Of a DNA stretch of 64,000 bases, positions 37,629-47,423 are shown in pieces. Location: NCBI GenBank assembly GCA_049322615.1, contig JBMORX010000005.1:395-64394 (forward strand), given 5' to 3'. The first letter of the stretch is position 1. Each line of letters starts with the position of its first letter. Source of the DNA: Patescibacteria group bacterium. Its GTDB lineage: Bacteria > Patescibacteriota > Microgenomatia > CAYGWK01. Under the pieces are notes generated by a model. The model saw only the letters and a program-made list of their open reading frames with translations. It made no database searches and was not told the origin of the DNA. Position numbers and translations under genes: made by a program.

Positions 37629-37643
37629 TGGTATAATGAAAGA

Positions 37644-37754
37644 GTGAAATTAATCGTCGGACTGGGTCCACCTAATCTTACTTCAAGTCTTTTCAGTTCT
37701 ATTCGAACACGACTTGAAGAGCGATTTTTGGCGGACCGAGTATTATTTATATGA
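37644..37754 (+). CDS. upstream ORF (GTG start): N-terminal mimic of Pth (VKLIVGLGPP) running through E-family element; TGA overlaps pth ATG (ATGA)
   Basis: 36 codons, no internal stop; TATAAT at 37632-37637 just upstream; element-encoded tail NLTSSLFSSIRTRLEERFL. Confidence 0.5.
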   Translation: MKLIVGLGPPNLTSSLFSSIRTRLEERFLADRVLFI

Positions 37755-38389
37755 AATTAATAGTGGGACTCGGTAATCCTGGGAAAAAATACGAAAAAAG
37801 CCGGCATAATATTGGTTTTATGGTCGTGGATGAACTCGCGCAGAAGTGGGAAGTGGGAAGGGTGAAGTGGGAAGAAGACAAGAAATCGAATACATTAATC
37901 ATCAATCATCAGCCATTGGCCATCCTGGTTAAGCCACAAACAATGATGAACGCTTCGGGTTTTGCCGTCAAATCCCTAATTACTAATTACAAATTACCAA
38001 TTACTAATCTCTGGGTAATCCATGATGATTTGGATTTACCTTTAGGGAAAATAAAAATTGTCAAAGGTCGGGGTTCAGCCGGACATTATGGGGTTGGGTC
38101 AATAATTCGGGAACTTGGGACAGCTGATTTTGTTAGGTTTAGGCTTGGAATAGGTCGTCCGGCGGGGAAGCCCCCCTTCGCCGAGGCTTCGGGGGGTAAA
38201 TGGGAAGTGGGAGGGGGGAGGTTAGTGGATGAAAATGTGATGCATCGGGAGGTTGAAAGATATGTTTTGGAAGGATTTGGAGGCAAGGAGGCAGTTGAGG
38301 CAAAAAAAACCATCAAAAAAACGGTCGAAGCAATCGAATTGGCCTTGGAAAAGGGAGTAGAGGAGGCAATGAATCGTTATAATAAATAA
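37751..38389 (+). CDS. pth: peptidyl-tRNA hydrolase
   Basis: MKLIVGLGNPGKKYEKSRHNIGF...; lengthened by in-frame T-family (ITNYKLPITN) and gtgggaag-type inserts. Confidence 0.85.
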   Translation: MKLIVGLGNPGKKYEKSRHNIGFMVVDELAQKWEVGRVKWEEDKKSNTLIINHQPLAILVKPQTMMNASGFAVKSLITNYKLPITNLWVIHDDLDLPLGKIKIVKGRGSAGHYGVGSIIRELGTADFVRFRLGIGRPAGKPPFAEASGGKWEVGGGRLVDENVMHREVERYVLEGFGGKEAVEAKKTIKKTVEAIELALEKGVEEAMNRYNK

Positions 38390-38420
38390 GCAAATAAGCA
38401 AATAAGCAAATGTCAAATAA

Positions 38421-38828
38421 ATGACAAATAAGCAAATAAGCAAAGCTTGCTGCTTCGCAGTAAACAAATTAAAAAATAGAGATATTCACGAGAGAATTTA
38501 CAATTTTGTAATTGCGGTTCTAAGACTTCTTGCGGATCTGCCCAAAAATAATTTCAACCTAATTATTATTGATCAGTGCGGAAGGGCGGTAACTTCCGTT
38601 GGTGCTAATGATCAAGAAGCCGATGCCTGTGAAAGCAGGAGAGATTTTATCGCTAAATATTCTTTGGTGAAGAAAGAAATTAAAGAGGTCAATTATTGGC
38701 TGAGGTTAATTTTTGATTTAAATAAGGATTTCCAAACAAGGGTGGCTGTAATTCAGCAAGAAGGAAAAGAGATTCTTCTAATTGTCAGTTCGATCATCAA
38801 GAATACTAAGAAGTCTAAAAAAATTTGA
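38421..38828 (+). CDS. four-helix-bundle protein (rRNA IVS protein family)
   Basis: About 60% identical to 41271-41651 copy (IHERI..F.I.V..L...LPKN..NL.II.Q...VTS.GANDQEAD). Confidence 0.75.
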   Translation: MTNKQISKACCFAVNKLKNRDIHERIYNFVIAVLRLLADLPKNNFNLIIIDQCGRAVTSVGANDQEADACESRRDFIAKYSLVKKEIKEVNYWLRLIFDLNKDFQTRVAVIQQEGKEILLIVSSIIKNTKKSKKI

Positions 38829-39001
38829 CATTTGATTATTTGGAATTTGTTATTGATTTGTAATATTTGAAATTTGTAGTATTTGCTTATTTGATTATTG
38901 AATGAATGGAAAAATTTTGGGAATTTCATTTTCGGAAAGAATGGTTGTTACACCTCGGTGATTACACCTCGGAGGTGTAAGGAGGAAGGTGTAAGGCTAG
39001 A

Positions 39002-39364
39002 ATGAATAGCACAAAAAAAACAAAAGGACTTGAACCCTTAGGAAATATTCTCGCCCAATTTAATTCCCTAAAAGATAAATATATCTCCCGGGAATTTCAA
39101 AAATACGGTTATGATTTGGCAGTTGAGTTAGGGGATGTAGAACATAAGGCTTTATATATCAAGCTTGCTAAAGAACTTCCTCGAGAAATCCTGGAGCAGG
39201 CGAGAAATTTTGTCAAAGACGCGGGCAGAGTTAAAAGCAAAGCCAGACTTTTTATGTGGCGTGTAAAGTTTCTCAAAGAGAAACAACGCGCCAACCCCGT
39301 GTCCGCCAAAGGCGGATTTACGGGGTGGAAGCTGGAACAACTGCGAAAAGGGAGTCAAAAATGA
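39002..39364 (+). CDS. hypothetical protein
   Basis: 120-aa ORF, stop overlaps next start. Confidence 0.3.
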   Translation: MNSTKKTKGLEPLGNILAQFNSLKDKYISREFQKYGYDLAVELGDVEHKALYIKLAKELPREILEQARNFVKDAGRVKSKARLFMWRVKFLKEKQRANPVSAKGGFTGWKLEQLRKGSQK

Positions 39365-40329
39365 GTCTTCAGGGAAACTGGATTGATCTTTTAATCCTAA
39401 TCGTTCTTTTATTTTTTGTTCTTGAAGGTTTAGAGCAAGGGTTTTGGAGGCTTGCGGCTGAATTCTTTTCCTTTTTAGGCTCGCTTCTTTTGGCGATTCG
39501 CTTTTATTCTCTGGTGGCAAAATTTCTCGTTTTGAATTTTTCTTTATCTTACGGATTTGCCAATGCCTTAGGGTTTTTATTCACCGCAATCTTTGCGGAG
39601 ACGGCTTTAGCCGCCTTGGCTTTTTGGTTCTTTGGCAAGATTCCCCAAAAATGGCTTTCGGTTTGGTGGAACAAAATTTTAGGGGTAGTTCCGGCGATTT
39701 TAAATGGTCTGGTTTTAATTGCCTTCTTTTTAACTTTAATTATCGCTTTACCCATTACTCCCTTTTTAAAAAAAGACATCACTTCCTCAAGAATTGGGGG
39801 ATATTTAGTTGGCAAGACTTTCGGGATTGAACACAAATTTAATGAGATCTTCGGGGGCGCAGTTGAAGAAGCCTTGACCTTCTTGACGGTTAAGCCTGAA
39901 AGTCGCGAGCGAATTGACCTTCGTTTCACCACCAAAGAATTTTCCGTTGATCAGCTCTCTGAGACAAAAATGTTTGCCTTGGTAAATGAGGAAAGAGAGA
40001 GAAGAGGGATTAAAAAGTTGGAATGGGATCCAAGACTGGTGGTGGTCGCCCGGGAGCATGCAAAAGACATGTTTTTAAGGGGCTATTTTTCTCATTATTC
40101 CCCTGAAGGAGAAAATGTGAGTGATCGGCTTAAGGATAACCATATAGATTTTGCGGTTGTTGGGGAAAATTTAGCTCTGGCGCCAACGGTTTTTATTGCC
40201 CATCAGGGATTGATGGCTTCTTCGGGTCACCGAGCAAATATTCTTTCCCCTGAATTTTCCAAAGTGGGAATCGGGGTGATCGACGGCGGAATCTACGGAA
40301 AAATGTTTACCCAAGTTTTTACAGACTGA
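39361..40329 (+). CDS. CvpA-family membrane protein fused to CAP/SCP (PR-1-like) domain
   Basis: N-terminal CvpA TM region; C-terminal CAP signature HYSPEGENV...GHRANIL. Confidence 0.65.
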   Translation: MSLQGNWIDLLILIVLLFFVLEGLEQGFWRLAAEFFSFLGSLLLAIRFYSLVAKFLVLNFSLSYGFANALGFLFTAIFAETALAALAFWFFGKIPQKWLSVWWNKILGVVPAILNGLVLIAFFLTLIIALPITPFLKKDITSSRIGGYLVGKTFGIEHKFNEIFGGAVEEALTFLTVKPESRERIDLRFTTKEFSVDQLSETKMFALVNEERERRGIKKLEWDPRLVVVAREHAKDMFLRGYFSHYSPEGENVSDRLKDNHIDFAVVGENLALAPTVFIAHQGLMASSGHRANILSPEFSKVGIGVIDGGIYGKMFTQVFTD

Positions 40330-40331
40330 AA

Positions 40332-40928
40332 ATGAGATTAAAAAGGGATTTTTTTGCAAAAGAGACAATTTGGGTAGCCAAGAATTTACTGGGAAAATAT
40401 CTAGTAAGAAGGTTAAGGGGAAAGAAACAATTGGTTGGGAAAATTGTCGAGACCGAGGCTTATATTGGACCTGATGATAAAGCCTCCCACGCCGCTTTTA
40501 GAAAAACAAAAAGATGCGCCCCAATGTATGATAAGCCAGGGACGGCCTATGTTTATTTTATTTACGGGATGTATTGGATGCTCAATATTGTTACCGAAGA
40601 GAAGGGAAAACCGTGCGCGGTCCTGGTTCGGGCAATCGAACCAATAGAAAATGAAAAAATAAAAATGAAAAATGACATATTAAAATTTAAAAAGTTAGGA
40701 AGCGGGCCTGGGCTGTTGTGTAAGTGGCTGGCGATAGACGGTTCTTTTAATGGCGAGGATTTGGTTAAAAGCCAAAGACTTTGGCTAGAGGAGAAGGGTG
40801 ACAGGGTCCGACCCTGTCAGATTGTGGCGACTAAAAGAATTGGAGTAGAATACGCTGGTCCTTGGAAAGATAAGCCCTGGAGATTTTATCTAAAGAAAAA
40901 TCCATATGTCTCAAGGAAAGGTGTTTGA
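40332..40928 (+). CDS. DNA-3-methyladenine glycosylase (Mpg/AAG family)
   Basis: GKIVETEAYIGPDDKASHA...; in-frame K-family and H-family inserts. Confidence 0.75.
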   Translation: MRLKRDFFAKETIWVAKNLLGKYLVRRLRGKKQLVGKIVETEAYIGPDDKASHAAFRKTKRCAPMYDKPGTAYVYFIYGMYWMLNIVTEEKGKPCAVLVRAIEPIENEKIKMKNDILKFKKLGSGPGLLCKWLAIDGSFNGEDLVKSQRLWLEEKGDRVRPCQIVATKRIGVEYAGPWKDKPWRFYLKKNPYVSRKGV

Positions 40929-41247
40929 AAAAATTTATGAGGCAGTTAAAGGAATTCCTAAAGGGAAAGTGGCGACCTATGGGCAGATTGTAAATCAAAT
41001 TAAAAATGAAAAATTAAAAATGAAAAATGACAAAGAAAAATTTAAAATTACTCCGCGAGTAGTAGGATGGGTACTCCATCAAAACCCTGATTCTGAAAAT
41101 ATTCCTTGCCATCGGGTGGTGGATAGAAGTGGAAGATTGGCGTCTGGGTTTGCTTTCGGCGGAGCAAAAGAGCAGAAGAGAAAACTCCTGAAAGAAGGAG
41201 TAAAATTTAAAGATAGCATACATGTAGACCTTAATAAATACCAATAA
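40906..41247 (+). CDS. methylated-DNA--protein-cysteine methyltransferase DNA-binding/active-site domain (MGMT family)
   Basis: Active-site IPCHRVV; in-frame K-family insert NEKLKMKNDKEKFKIT nearly identical to that in mpg. Confidence 0.65.
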   Translation: MSQGKVFEKIYEAVKGIPKGKVATYGQIVNQIKNEKLKMKNDKEKFKITPRVVGWVLHQNPDSENIPCHRVVDRSGRLASGFAFGGAKEQKRKLLKEGVKFKDSIHVDLNKYQ

Positions 41248-41270
41248 ATACCAATAAATACCAATGACCA

Positions 41271-41651
41271 ATGATCAATAAGAATAAGAAAAAATACGAT
41301 ATTCATGAGAGAATTTTTAGATTTATAATCCGAGTAATAAACCTCACAAAGCAGTTACCGAAAAACCAGCAAAACTTAGTTATAATCAGTCAAATCCTGG
41401 ATTCGGTAACCTCTATGGGAGCAAATGATCAGGAAGCGGATGGAGCCTTAACTCGTAGAGACTTCATTCATTGTTATACTGTTGTTAGAAAAGAGGGAAA
41501 AGAAACTAACTTTTGGCTAAGATTAATTCAAGCAATAAATCCCGGATTTGCATCAAGAATGGTGGATTTGATTAAAGAAGGCGAAGAAATTGTCGCCATT
41601 GTGAGCCAGATTATCGCTAACGCAAGAAAAAAGTCTCTAAAGAAAAAATAA
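41271..41651 (+). CDS. four-helix-bundle protein (rRNA IVS protein family)
   Basis: See 38421. Confidence 0.75.
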   Translation: MINKNKKKYDIHERIFRFIIRVINLTKQLPKNQQNLVIISQILDSVTSMGANDQEADGALTRRDFIHCYTVVRKEGKETNFWLRLIQAINPGFASRMVDLIKEGEEIVAIVSQIIANARKKSLKKK

Positions 41652-41694
41652 TTGAGAATTGGTACTTATTTGAAATTTGTAGTATTGGTAATTA

Positions 41695-42462
41695 TTGATC
41701 ATGTCTAAAGCCTATATTGGCACTTCTGGCTTTTCTTACCCTCACTGGGGCGATGGGATTTTTTATCCCAAAGGTTTACCTCAAAGAAAATGGTTTGAAT
41801 ATTATTGCCAGCATTTCTCAACGGTTGAGCTTAATGTTTCTTTTTATCGCCTGCCCAAAAAAGAGGCTTTTTCTTCCTGGCGAAAGCGGGCGGGGAAGGA
41901 TTTTGTTTTTTCGATTAAGGGTAGCCGATTTGTTACTCATGTTAAAAAATTAAAAGATTGTGAGGAGGCGGTCAAAACTTTTTTTGACGCCGCTAGCCCC
42001 TTAAGAGGTTCAACCTCACAGGAGATTGAACCTCCCCAGGAAAAGAACGTTGTTCTTTGGCAGTTACCTCCAGGATTGGCCTTCGACGAGCTCAGGCTAA
42101 AAAAGTTTTTGGCTATTCTTCCTCGGACGTGGCGGCATGCTTTTGAGTTCAGAAACGAGACCTGGCTTTGCTCCGAGGTATTTTCTTTATTACGGCACAG
42201 TAATAAAGTCGCGGTGTTCCAGGACTATCCTGACTGGCCGATGACGCGCGAAGCGACGGCGGATTTTGTCTATATTAGATTCCATGGCAACCGCGTGCTT
42301 TACTCTTCTGAATACACAGAAGAAGAACTAGAAACTTGGGCTTTGGATATTAAGAAATGGTTAAAACAAGGAAAAGATGTGTACGCTTATTTTAATAATG
42401 ATGCTCTAGGTTATGCGATTGAGAATGCGAAAACATTAAAGAAATTAGTAATTGGTAATTAG
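41695..42462 (+). CDS. DUF72 (UPF0759) family protein
   Basis: N-terminal YIGTSGFSYPHW...FYP signature. Confidence 0.7.
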   Translation: MIMSKAYIGTSGFSYPHWGDGIFYPKGLPQRKWFEYYCQHFSTVELNVSFYRLPKKEAFSSWRKRAGKDFVFSIKGSRFVTHVKKLKDCEEAVKTFFDAASPLRGSTSQEIEPPQEKNVVLWQLPPGLAFDELRLKKFLAILPRTWRHAFEFRNETWLCSEVFSLLRHSNKVAVFQDYPDWPMTREATADFVYIRFHGNRVLYSSEYTEEELETWALDIKKWLKQGKDVYAYFNNDALGYAIENAKTLKKLVIGN

Positions 42463-42480
42463 TAATTTGGGGAGAGCGGT

Positions 42481-43035
42481 TTGTGGTATTATGGAATTAT
42501 GAGAAAAGAGATTTTAAGCCACTTGGTGCCGACTTTAGTCTTTTTGGTTTTTTTAACTCTTCTCCATTGGCAACTTAAGTTTTCTTTAATCTTTTTCTGG
42601 TTGGGCGCTTCCTTGGGCGCTGTTGTTTTAGATCTGGACCACCTTCTCTATACTTTTATCCAGGCTCCTCATGAATTTACTTCCCAGCGGGCAAAAAGAT
42701 TTTTTGAACAAAGAAAGTTTTGGGAAGGGATTATTCTTTTGTTTGAAACCCAAGAAGAACGGGGGAGAATGATTTTTCACTCGGTTTTGTTTCAGGTAAT
42801 TTTAGTGATTTTAACTTTTTTTGTTTTAACTTCCTCGGCCAGTCTTTTTGGGAAAGGATTGGTCCTGGGAATGCTCCTTCATAGCTTGACTGACCAGGGG
42901 TTTGAATTTGTCAAAAACGGAGAGATTGAAAACTGGTTCTGGCAATTTAGGCAAAAACCAGCCGTAAATCTTCAGGCTCTTTATTTAGCGGTAATTTTTC
43001 TTCTTTTTCTGATTTTGTCCCTTCTTTTGATTTAA
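42481..43035 (+). CDS. hypothetical membrane protein
   Basis: Multiple hydrophobic segments. Confidence 0.35.
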   Translation: MWYYGIMRKEILSHLVPTLVFLVFLTLLHWQLKFSLIFFWLGASLGAVVLDLDHLLYTFIQAPHEFTSQRAKRFFEQRKFWEGIILLFETQEERGRMIFHSVLFQVILVILTFFVLTSSASLFGKGLVLGMLLHSLTDQGFEFVKNGEIENWFWQFRQKPAVNLQALYLAVIFLLFLILSLLLI

Positions 43036-43155
43036 TCACCCCTTGACCCCAGTAGAACGCTTACCTGCTCTCGTGGTCTACGTCCACGCATCGCAGGAGC
43101 GCGTCTACGGGGTCGGCGGGGCGTTTAATCCGCCCAGGGCGGATTATTTCGCCCC

Positions 43156-43185
43156 TTGACAGACCCTCCCCCCCCAGGGTACAAT
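43156..43185 (+). promoter_or_regulatory. promoter candidate TTGACA-18-TACAAT formed at the 3' end of an E-family element, upstream of csoR
   Basis: -35 at 43156-43161 lies within the element terminal repeat ccccttgac. Confidence 0.35.
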
Positions 43186-43208
43186 AACAAAATAAGCAAA
43201 TACTACAA

Positions 43209-43517
43209 ATGTCAAATACTACCAATACACAAAAAAACAAAAAAACAAAAAAACAAAATCCCTCGGTGAATGACCGCATGAATTATCTGATTGGACACCT
43301 CAGGGCGAATTTGAAGATGGTTGAGGAGGGAAGATATTGTATTGATATTATTAGGCAAAACCAGGCCGTAATTTCCGCTTTAAAAAAAGTGAATGAATTA
43401 ATTTTGCGAAATCATCTTGATACCTGTCTTACTAGGGCCGTTAGGGGAAAAAGCGAAAAACAAAGAAAAAAAGTTTTAGAGGAAATTGTTGAAATTTTTA
43501 AAGAGGGAGAAGAGTGA
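43209..43517 (+). CDS. CsoR/RcnR-family metal-sensing transcriptional repressor
   Basis: DUF156 pattern LRANLKMVEEGRYCIDIIRQNQAVISALKKV...LRNHLDTCL; precedes copper genes. Confidence 0.7.
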   Translation: MSNTTNTQKNKKTKKQNPSVNDRMNYLIGHLRANLKMVEEGRYCIDIIRQNQAVISALKKVNELILRNHLDTCLTRAVRGKSEKQRKKVLEEIVEIFKEGEE

Positions 43518-44989
43518 AAATGATTAAGGAAAAAACTTTCAAAGTCGAAGGAATGCATTGTGCTTCTTGCGAGCTGGTGATTGAGAAAAAATTACTAACT
43601 CTTCCAGGGGTCCAGTCAGTCGAAGCCTCAGTCGGTAAAAGTCAGGTTGTGGTTGAATATGAAGGGAAACCGCCACCAAACGAAGACCTCAATAAAATGT
43701 TCCTTCAGGAAAAGTATACCTTTTTTGACCAAGAAAAAGAGGTAAACCTTGAAACTGATAATTCGTTGACAGTGACGGTTATTGTGGTTTTGCTGGTGAT
43801 TATGGTTTTTATCATTGTCCAAGGTTTTGGTTTGCCAGGGCTTATTAACGTTAACAAGAATTCATCTTTGCTGGCATTTTTCGTTTTAGGGCTAGCTGCC
43901 GGAGTCTCAAGCTGCGCTGCCTTGGTGGGAGGTTTGGTGCTTTCGCTGTCCAAACAGTGGTTTGAGCTTTATTCTAATAGGAATTCGACCATCGAGAAAC
44001 TCCAGCCGCATTTTTTATTTAATACCGGCAGGATTCTCTCCTATGCTCTTTTCGGCGCGGCTCTTGGTTTAGTTGGCAATCGCCTAGAGATTTCCTTTGT
44101 CTTTACTTCCTTTTTAGTTATTGCCGTCTCTGTCCTTATGTTTCTCCTGGGGCTTGAGATGTTGGGGATTAGATACTTTCAGAAATTCCAAATCACCATG
44201 CCCAAAGCGATTACTAGATATGTGGCTGATGGAAGAAATTTTAAAGGCAGGTATATGCCTTTTCTGGTGGGAGCAATGACTTTTTTCTTGCCTTGCGGGT
44301 TTACCCTTACCGCTTATGGATTTGCTCTTCTTTCCGGAAGCATGGCGCAAGGAGCCTTAATTATGTTGGCTTTCGTTTTGGGGACCCTGTCAGGTCTTTT
44401 AGCGATCGGTCTATCGGGCATCAAATTGGCGGAAAGTCATCGTTTCTCAACCTTCTTTCCTAAGGCTGCCGGCGCCCTGGTTTTGTTTTTTGCTCTTTAT
44501 AATCTTAACAATCAGTTTAATGTTTTGGGGATTTCCAGTTTAAGTGATTTTAAGCTTAAGACCGCTGGTTTAACTCAAATAAATGGCAATGACTTGGCTC
44601 CGATAGTCGCAGGAAAACAGATCATCAAAATGGACGCCTCAGGCTACGGTTACCAACCAAACTATTTTAAAGTTCAGACTGGGATACCTATTCGTTGGGA
44701 GATAACGGATAAAGGAACGAGCGGTTGCACCAACGCGGTTATCTCCCGAGGGTTATTTGACGGACAAATTAGTCTGACGCCTGGCCAGGTGAGTGTTAAA
44801 GAATTCGTTGCCCCAAAACCGGGTCGGTATAAATTCAGTTGTTGGATGGGGATGATTTCAGGAACTATCGAAGTCGTGGATAAAAACGGCTCGGTAAAAT
44901 CTTCAGGGAATGTCGAAGTCCCCTCCGGCGCAAGGGGGTGCGGCTGTGGTGGGAGCGGGGGCTCCAGTAGCTGCCAGACGCTGAGATGA
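43514..44989 (+). CDS. heavy-metal-associated (HMA) domain membrane protein with DsbD/CcdA-like TM core and C-terminal cupredoxin-like domain
   Basis: N-terminal MHCASCE HMA motif; TM Cys residues; Cys-rich C-terminal tail. Confidence 0.45.
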   Translation: MKMIKEKTFKVEGMHCASCELVIEKKLLTLPGVQSVEASVGKSQVVVEYEGKPPPNEDLNKMFLQEKYTFFDQEKEVNLETDNSLTVTVIVVLLVIMVFIIVQGFGLPGLINVNKNSSLLAFFVLGLAAGVSSCAALVGGLVLSLSKQWFELYSNRNSTIEKLQPHFLFNTGRILSYALFGAALGLVGNRLEISFVFTSFLVIAVSVLMFLLGLEMLGIRYFQKFQITMPKAITRYVADGRNFKGRYMPFLVGAMTFFLPCGFTLTAYGFALLSGSMAQGALIMLAFVLGTLSGLLAIGLSGIKLAESHRFSTFFPKAAGALVLFFALYNLNNQFNVLGISSLSDFKLKTAGLTQINGNDLAPIVAGKQIIKMDASGYGYQPNYFKVQTGIPIRWEITDKGTSGCTNAVISRGLFDGQISLTPGQVSVKEFVAPKPGRYKFSCWMGMISGTIEVVDKNGSVKSSGNVEVPSGARGCGCGGSGGSSSCQTLR

Positions 44990-47365
44990 AAAAAGAAACC
45001 TTCTTACTTAAAGGAATGCATTGTGTTTCCTGCGCGGTGACAATTGAGAATGCTTTAAAAAAAGTACCAGGCGTTTTCTCGGCCGTGGTTAATTTTGCTG
45101 CAGAGAAGGCGACAGTAGAATTCAGCGATCAAGCTATTGAGCAATTAAGATATCAAGAATTATTAGAGAAGATTAAAAAGGCGGTAAAAAACGCAGGCTA
45201 TGAATTGATAACGGATGAGAAGGATGATCACAGAAGGCACAGAAAAAAAGATGAGGGCACAGAAAAAGAAATGGAACATCACGACCACGCGGCAATGATG
45301 AGGGAAGAAGAATTAATAGACTTGAAAAGAAAAATTGCTGTTGGCGCGGTGATCTCCGCTTTAATTCTAGCTATTACCCATCGTTGGTTACTTTTCTTAT
45401 CCACACTTTCAGACCAAACAACCTTTTTCCTTTTGTTTTTCTTAGCTACTCCGGTCCAAGTCTGGTTAGGAAAAAGTTTTTATCAAGGGACGTTTCGGGG
45501 TTTAAAAAATCTTCGGGCTAACATGGATACCCTCGTTGCTCTAGGAACAACCATCGCCTATCTTTATAGCGTTGGTCTAACTTTTATTCCTTCTTATTTT
45601 GCTATGGCAGGGGTCAAGCTTCATATTTATTATGATACCGCCGTTTTTCTTTTGACCATCATTACTTTTGGCCAGTTTTTAGAAAAAAGAGCCCGAGGCC
45701 AAGCAGGAGAAGCGATAAAGAAGTTGATGGGGTTGGCACCCAAAACCGCTCGCGTCCTTCGACAAGCTCAGGATAAATTAGTAGAGATAGATATTCCTAT
45801 CGATCAAGTTCTGGTGGGTGATATTTTAATCGTTCGTCCGGGAGAGAGAATTCCGGTTGATGGAATTGTCGTAGAGGGTGCTTCGGCGGTGGATGAATCA
45901 ATGGTTACGGGTGAAAGTATGCCAGTTGAGAAGAAAAAGGATGACCAGGTAATTGGGGCGACGATTAATAAATCTGGTTCTTTTAAGTTCAAAGCCACAA
46001 AAGTTGGTAAAGAGACGGTTTTAGCCCAAATTATCAAGCTTGTTGAGGAGGCTCAGGGTTCAAAAGCGCCAATCCAACGACTAGCGGATACAGTCTCTGC
46101 TTATTTTGTCCCCGCAGTGATTTTAATAGCGGCTTTAACCTTTTTGATTTGGTTTTTTGTCGGACCTACTCCTGCTTTAACCTTTGCCATTATTAATGCC
46201 ATTGCTGTTTTGATTATTGCTTGCCCTTGTGCCTTGGGTTTGGCGACGCCAACGGCGATTATGGTGGGGACGGGTAAAGGAGCAGAAAAAGGGATTTTGA
46301 TTAAAGATGCCACCAGCCTTGAGATTGCTCATAAGATAAAAACGATTGTTTTGGATAAAACAGGGACGTTGACCAAGGGGGAACCTGGGGTAACGGACAT
46401 AATAATATCAAATATCAAAGATCAAATATCAAAAATACAAATTAAAAATCAAAAAGATTTACTAAGAATTGCCGCCTCGGCCGAGTTGCGGAGTGAGCAT
46501 CCTTTGGGGCAGGCGGTGGTTAAGAAAGCCAGGGAGCAAGGACTGAAATTGGTTGAACCAACAAACTTCCAGGCAATTACCGGGAAAGGGGTAAAGGCGA
46601 AATTAGTAATTAGGAATTTTAAAGGGAAATCGTGTTTTGATGAAAGAATTTAAGGTGGAGATACCAAAAGCAGTGGAAGAAAGAATGAAGAGATTAGAAA
46701 ATGAAGGCAAAACAGTTATGCTCTTAGCCGTAACCCAATTACCAATTACTAATTACCAATTACTAGGCATTATTGCCGTCGCTGATACTCTTAAGGGAAA
46801 TTCGAAGGAAGCAGTCCAAGCCTTGCAAAAGATGGGGCTTGAGGTTTGGATGATAACTGGGGACAATCCCCGAACGGCTCGGGCGATCGGAAAAATGGTA
46901 GGAATTGATAAAGACCACATTATGGCGGAAGTGGCCCCTCAAGAAAAGGAGAGGAAAGTGAGAGAGCTTAAAACCCAAGGTGCCGTATCTGGTGAACCTC
47001 TAAGGTTGGTGAGTATGGTGGGTGATGGGATAAATGACGCCCCGGCTTTGGCGGCTTCAGATGTTGGGATTGCCATGGGAGCGGGGACGGATGTGGCGAT
47101 GGAGTCAGCCGGGATAACATTGATGAAATCAGATTTGCTGGATTTGGTGGCGGCGATTAGACTTTCCAAAGCAACCCTTGCGATTATCAAGCAAAATCTT
47201 TTCTGGGCTTTCTTTTATAACACGGTTTTAATTCCGGTTGCGGCTGGGGTTCTTTATCCATTTTTTGGGATTCTCTTAAATCCTATTTTTGCTTCCGGAG
47301 CAATGGCGTTTTCTTCAGTTTCCGTGGTTTTAAATTCCTTGAGACTGAGAAGAATAAGAATTTGA
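44986..47365 (+). pseudogene. copA: copper-translocating P-type ATPase CopA, split into two ORFs by a +1 frameshift in a T4 run near 46624-46637
   Basis: HMA MHCVSCA, CPC, DKTGTLT in 44986-46653; GDGINDAPAL and last TMs in 46637-47365 (TTG-started ORF); deleting one T in gtgttttgatg restores a continuous frame. Confidence 0.7.
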
Positions 47366-47408
47366 TATTAAGATATTAAGATATTAAGATATTAAGATAT
47401 TAAGAGAA
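47363..47408. repeat. G-family tandem (gatattaag x5)
   Basis: atattaagatattaagatattaagatattaagatattaagag. Confidence 0.6.
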
Positions 47409-47423
47409 GGGAGGTGAACTATT

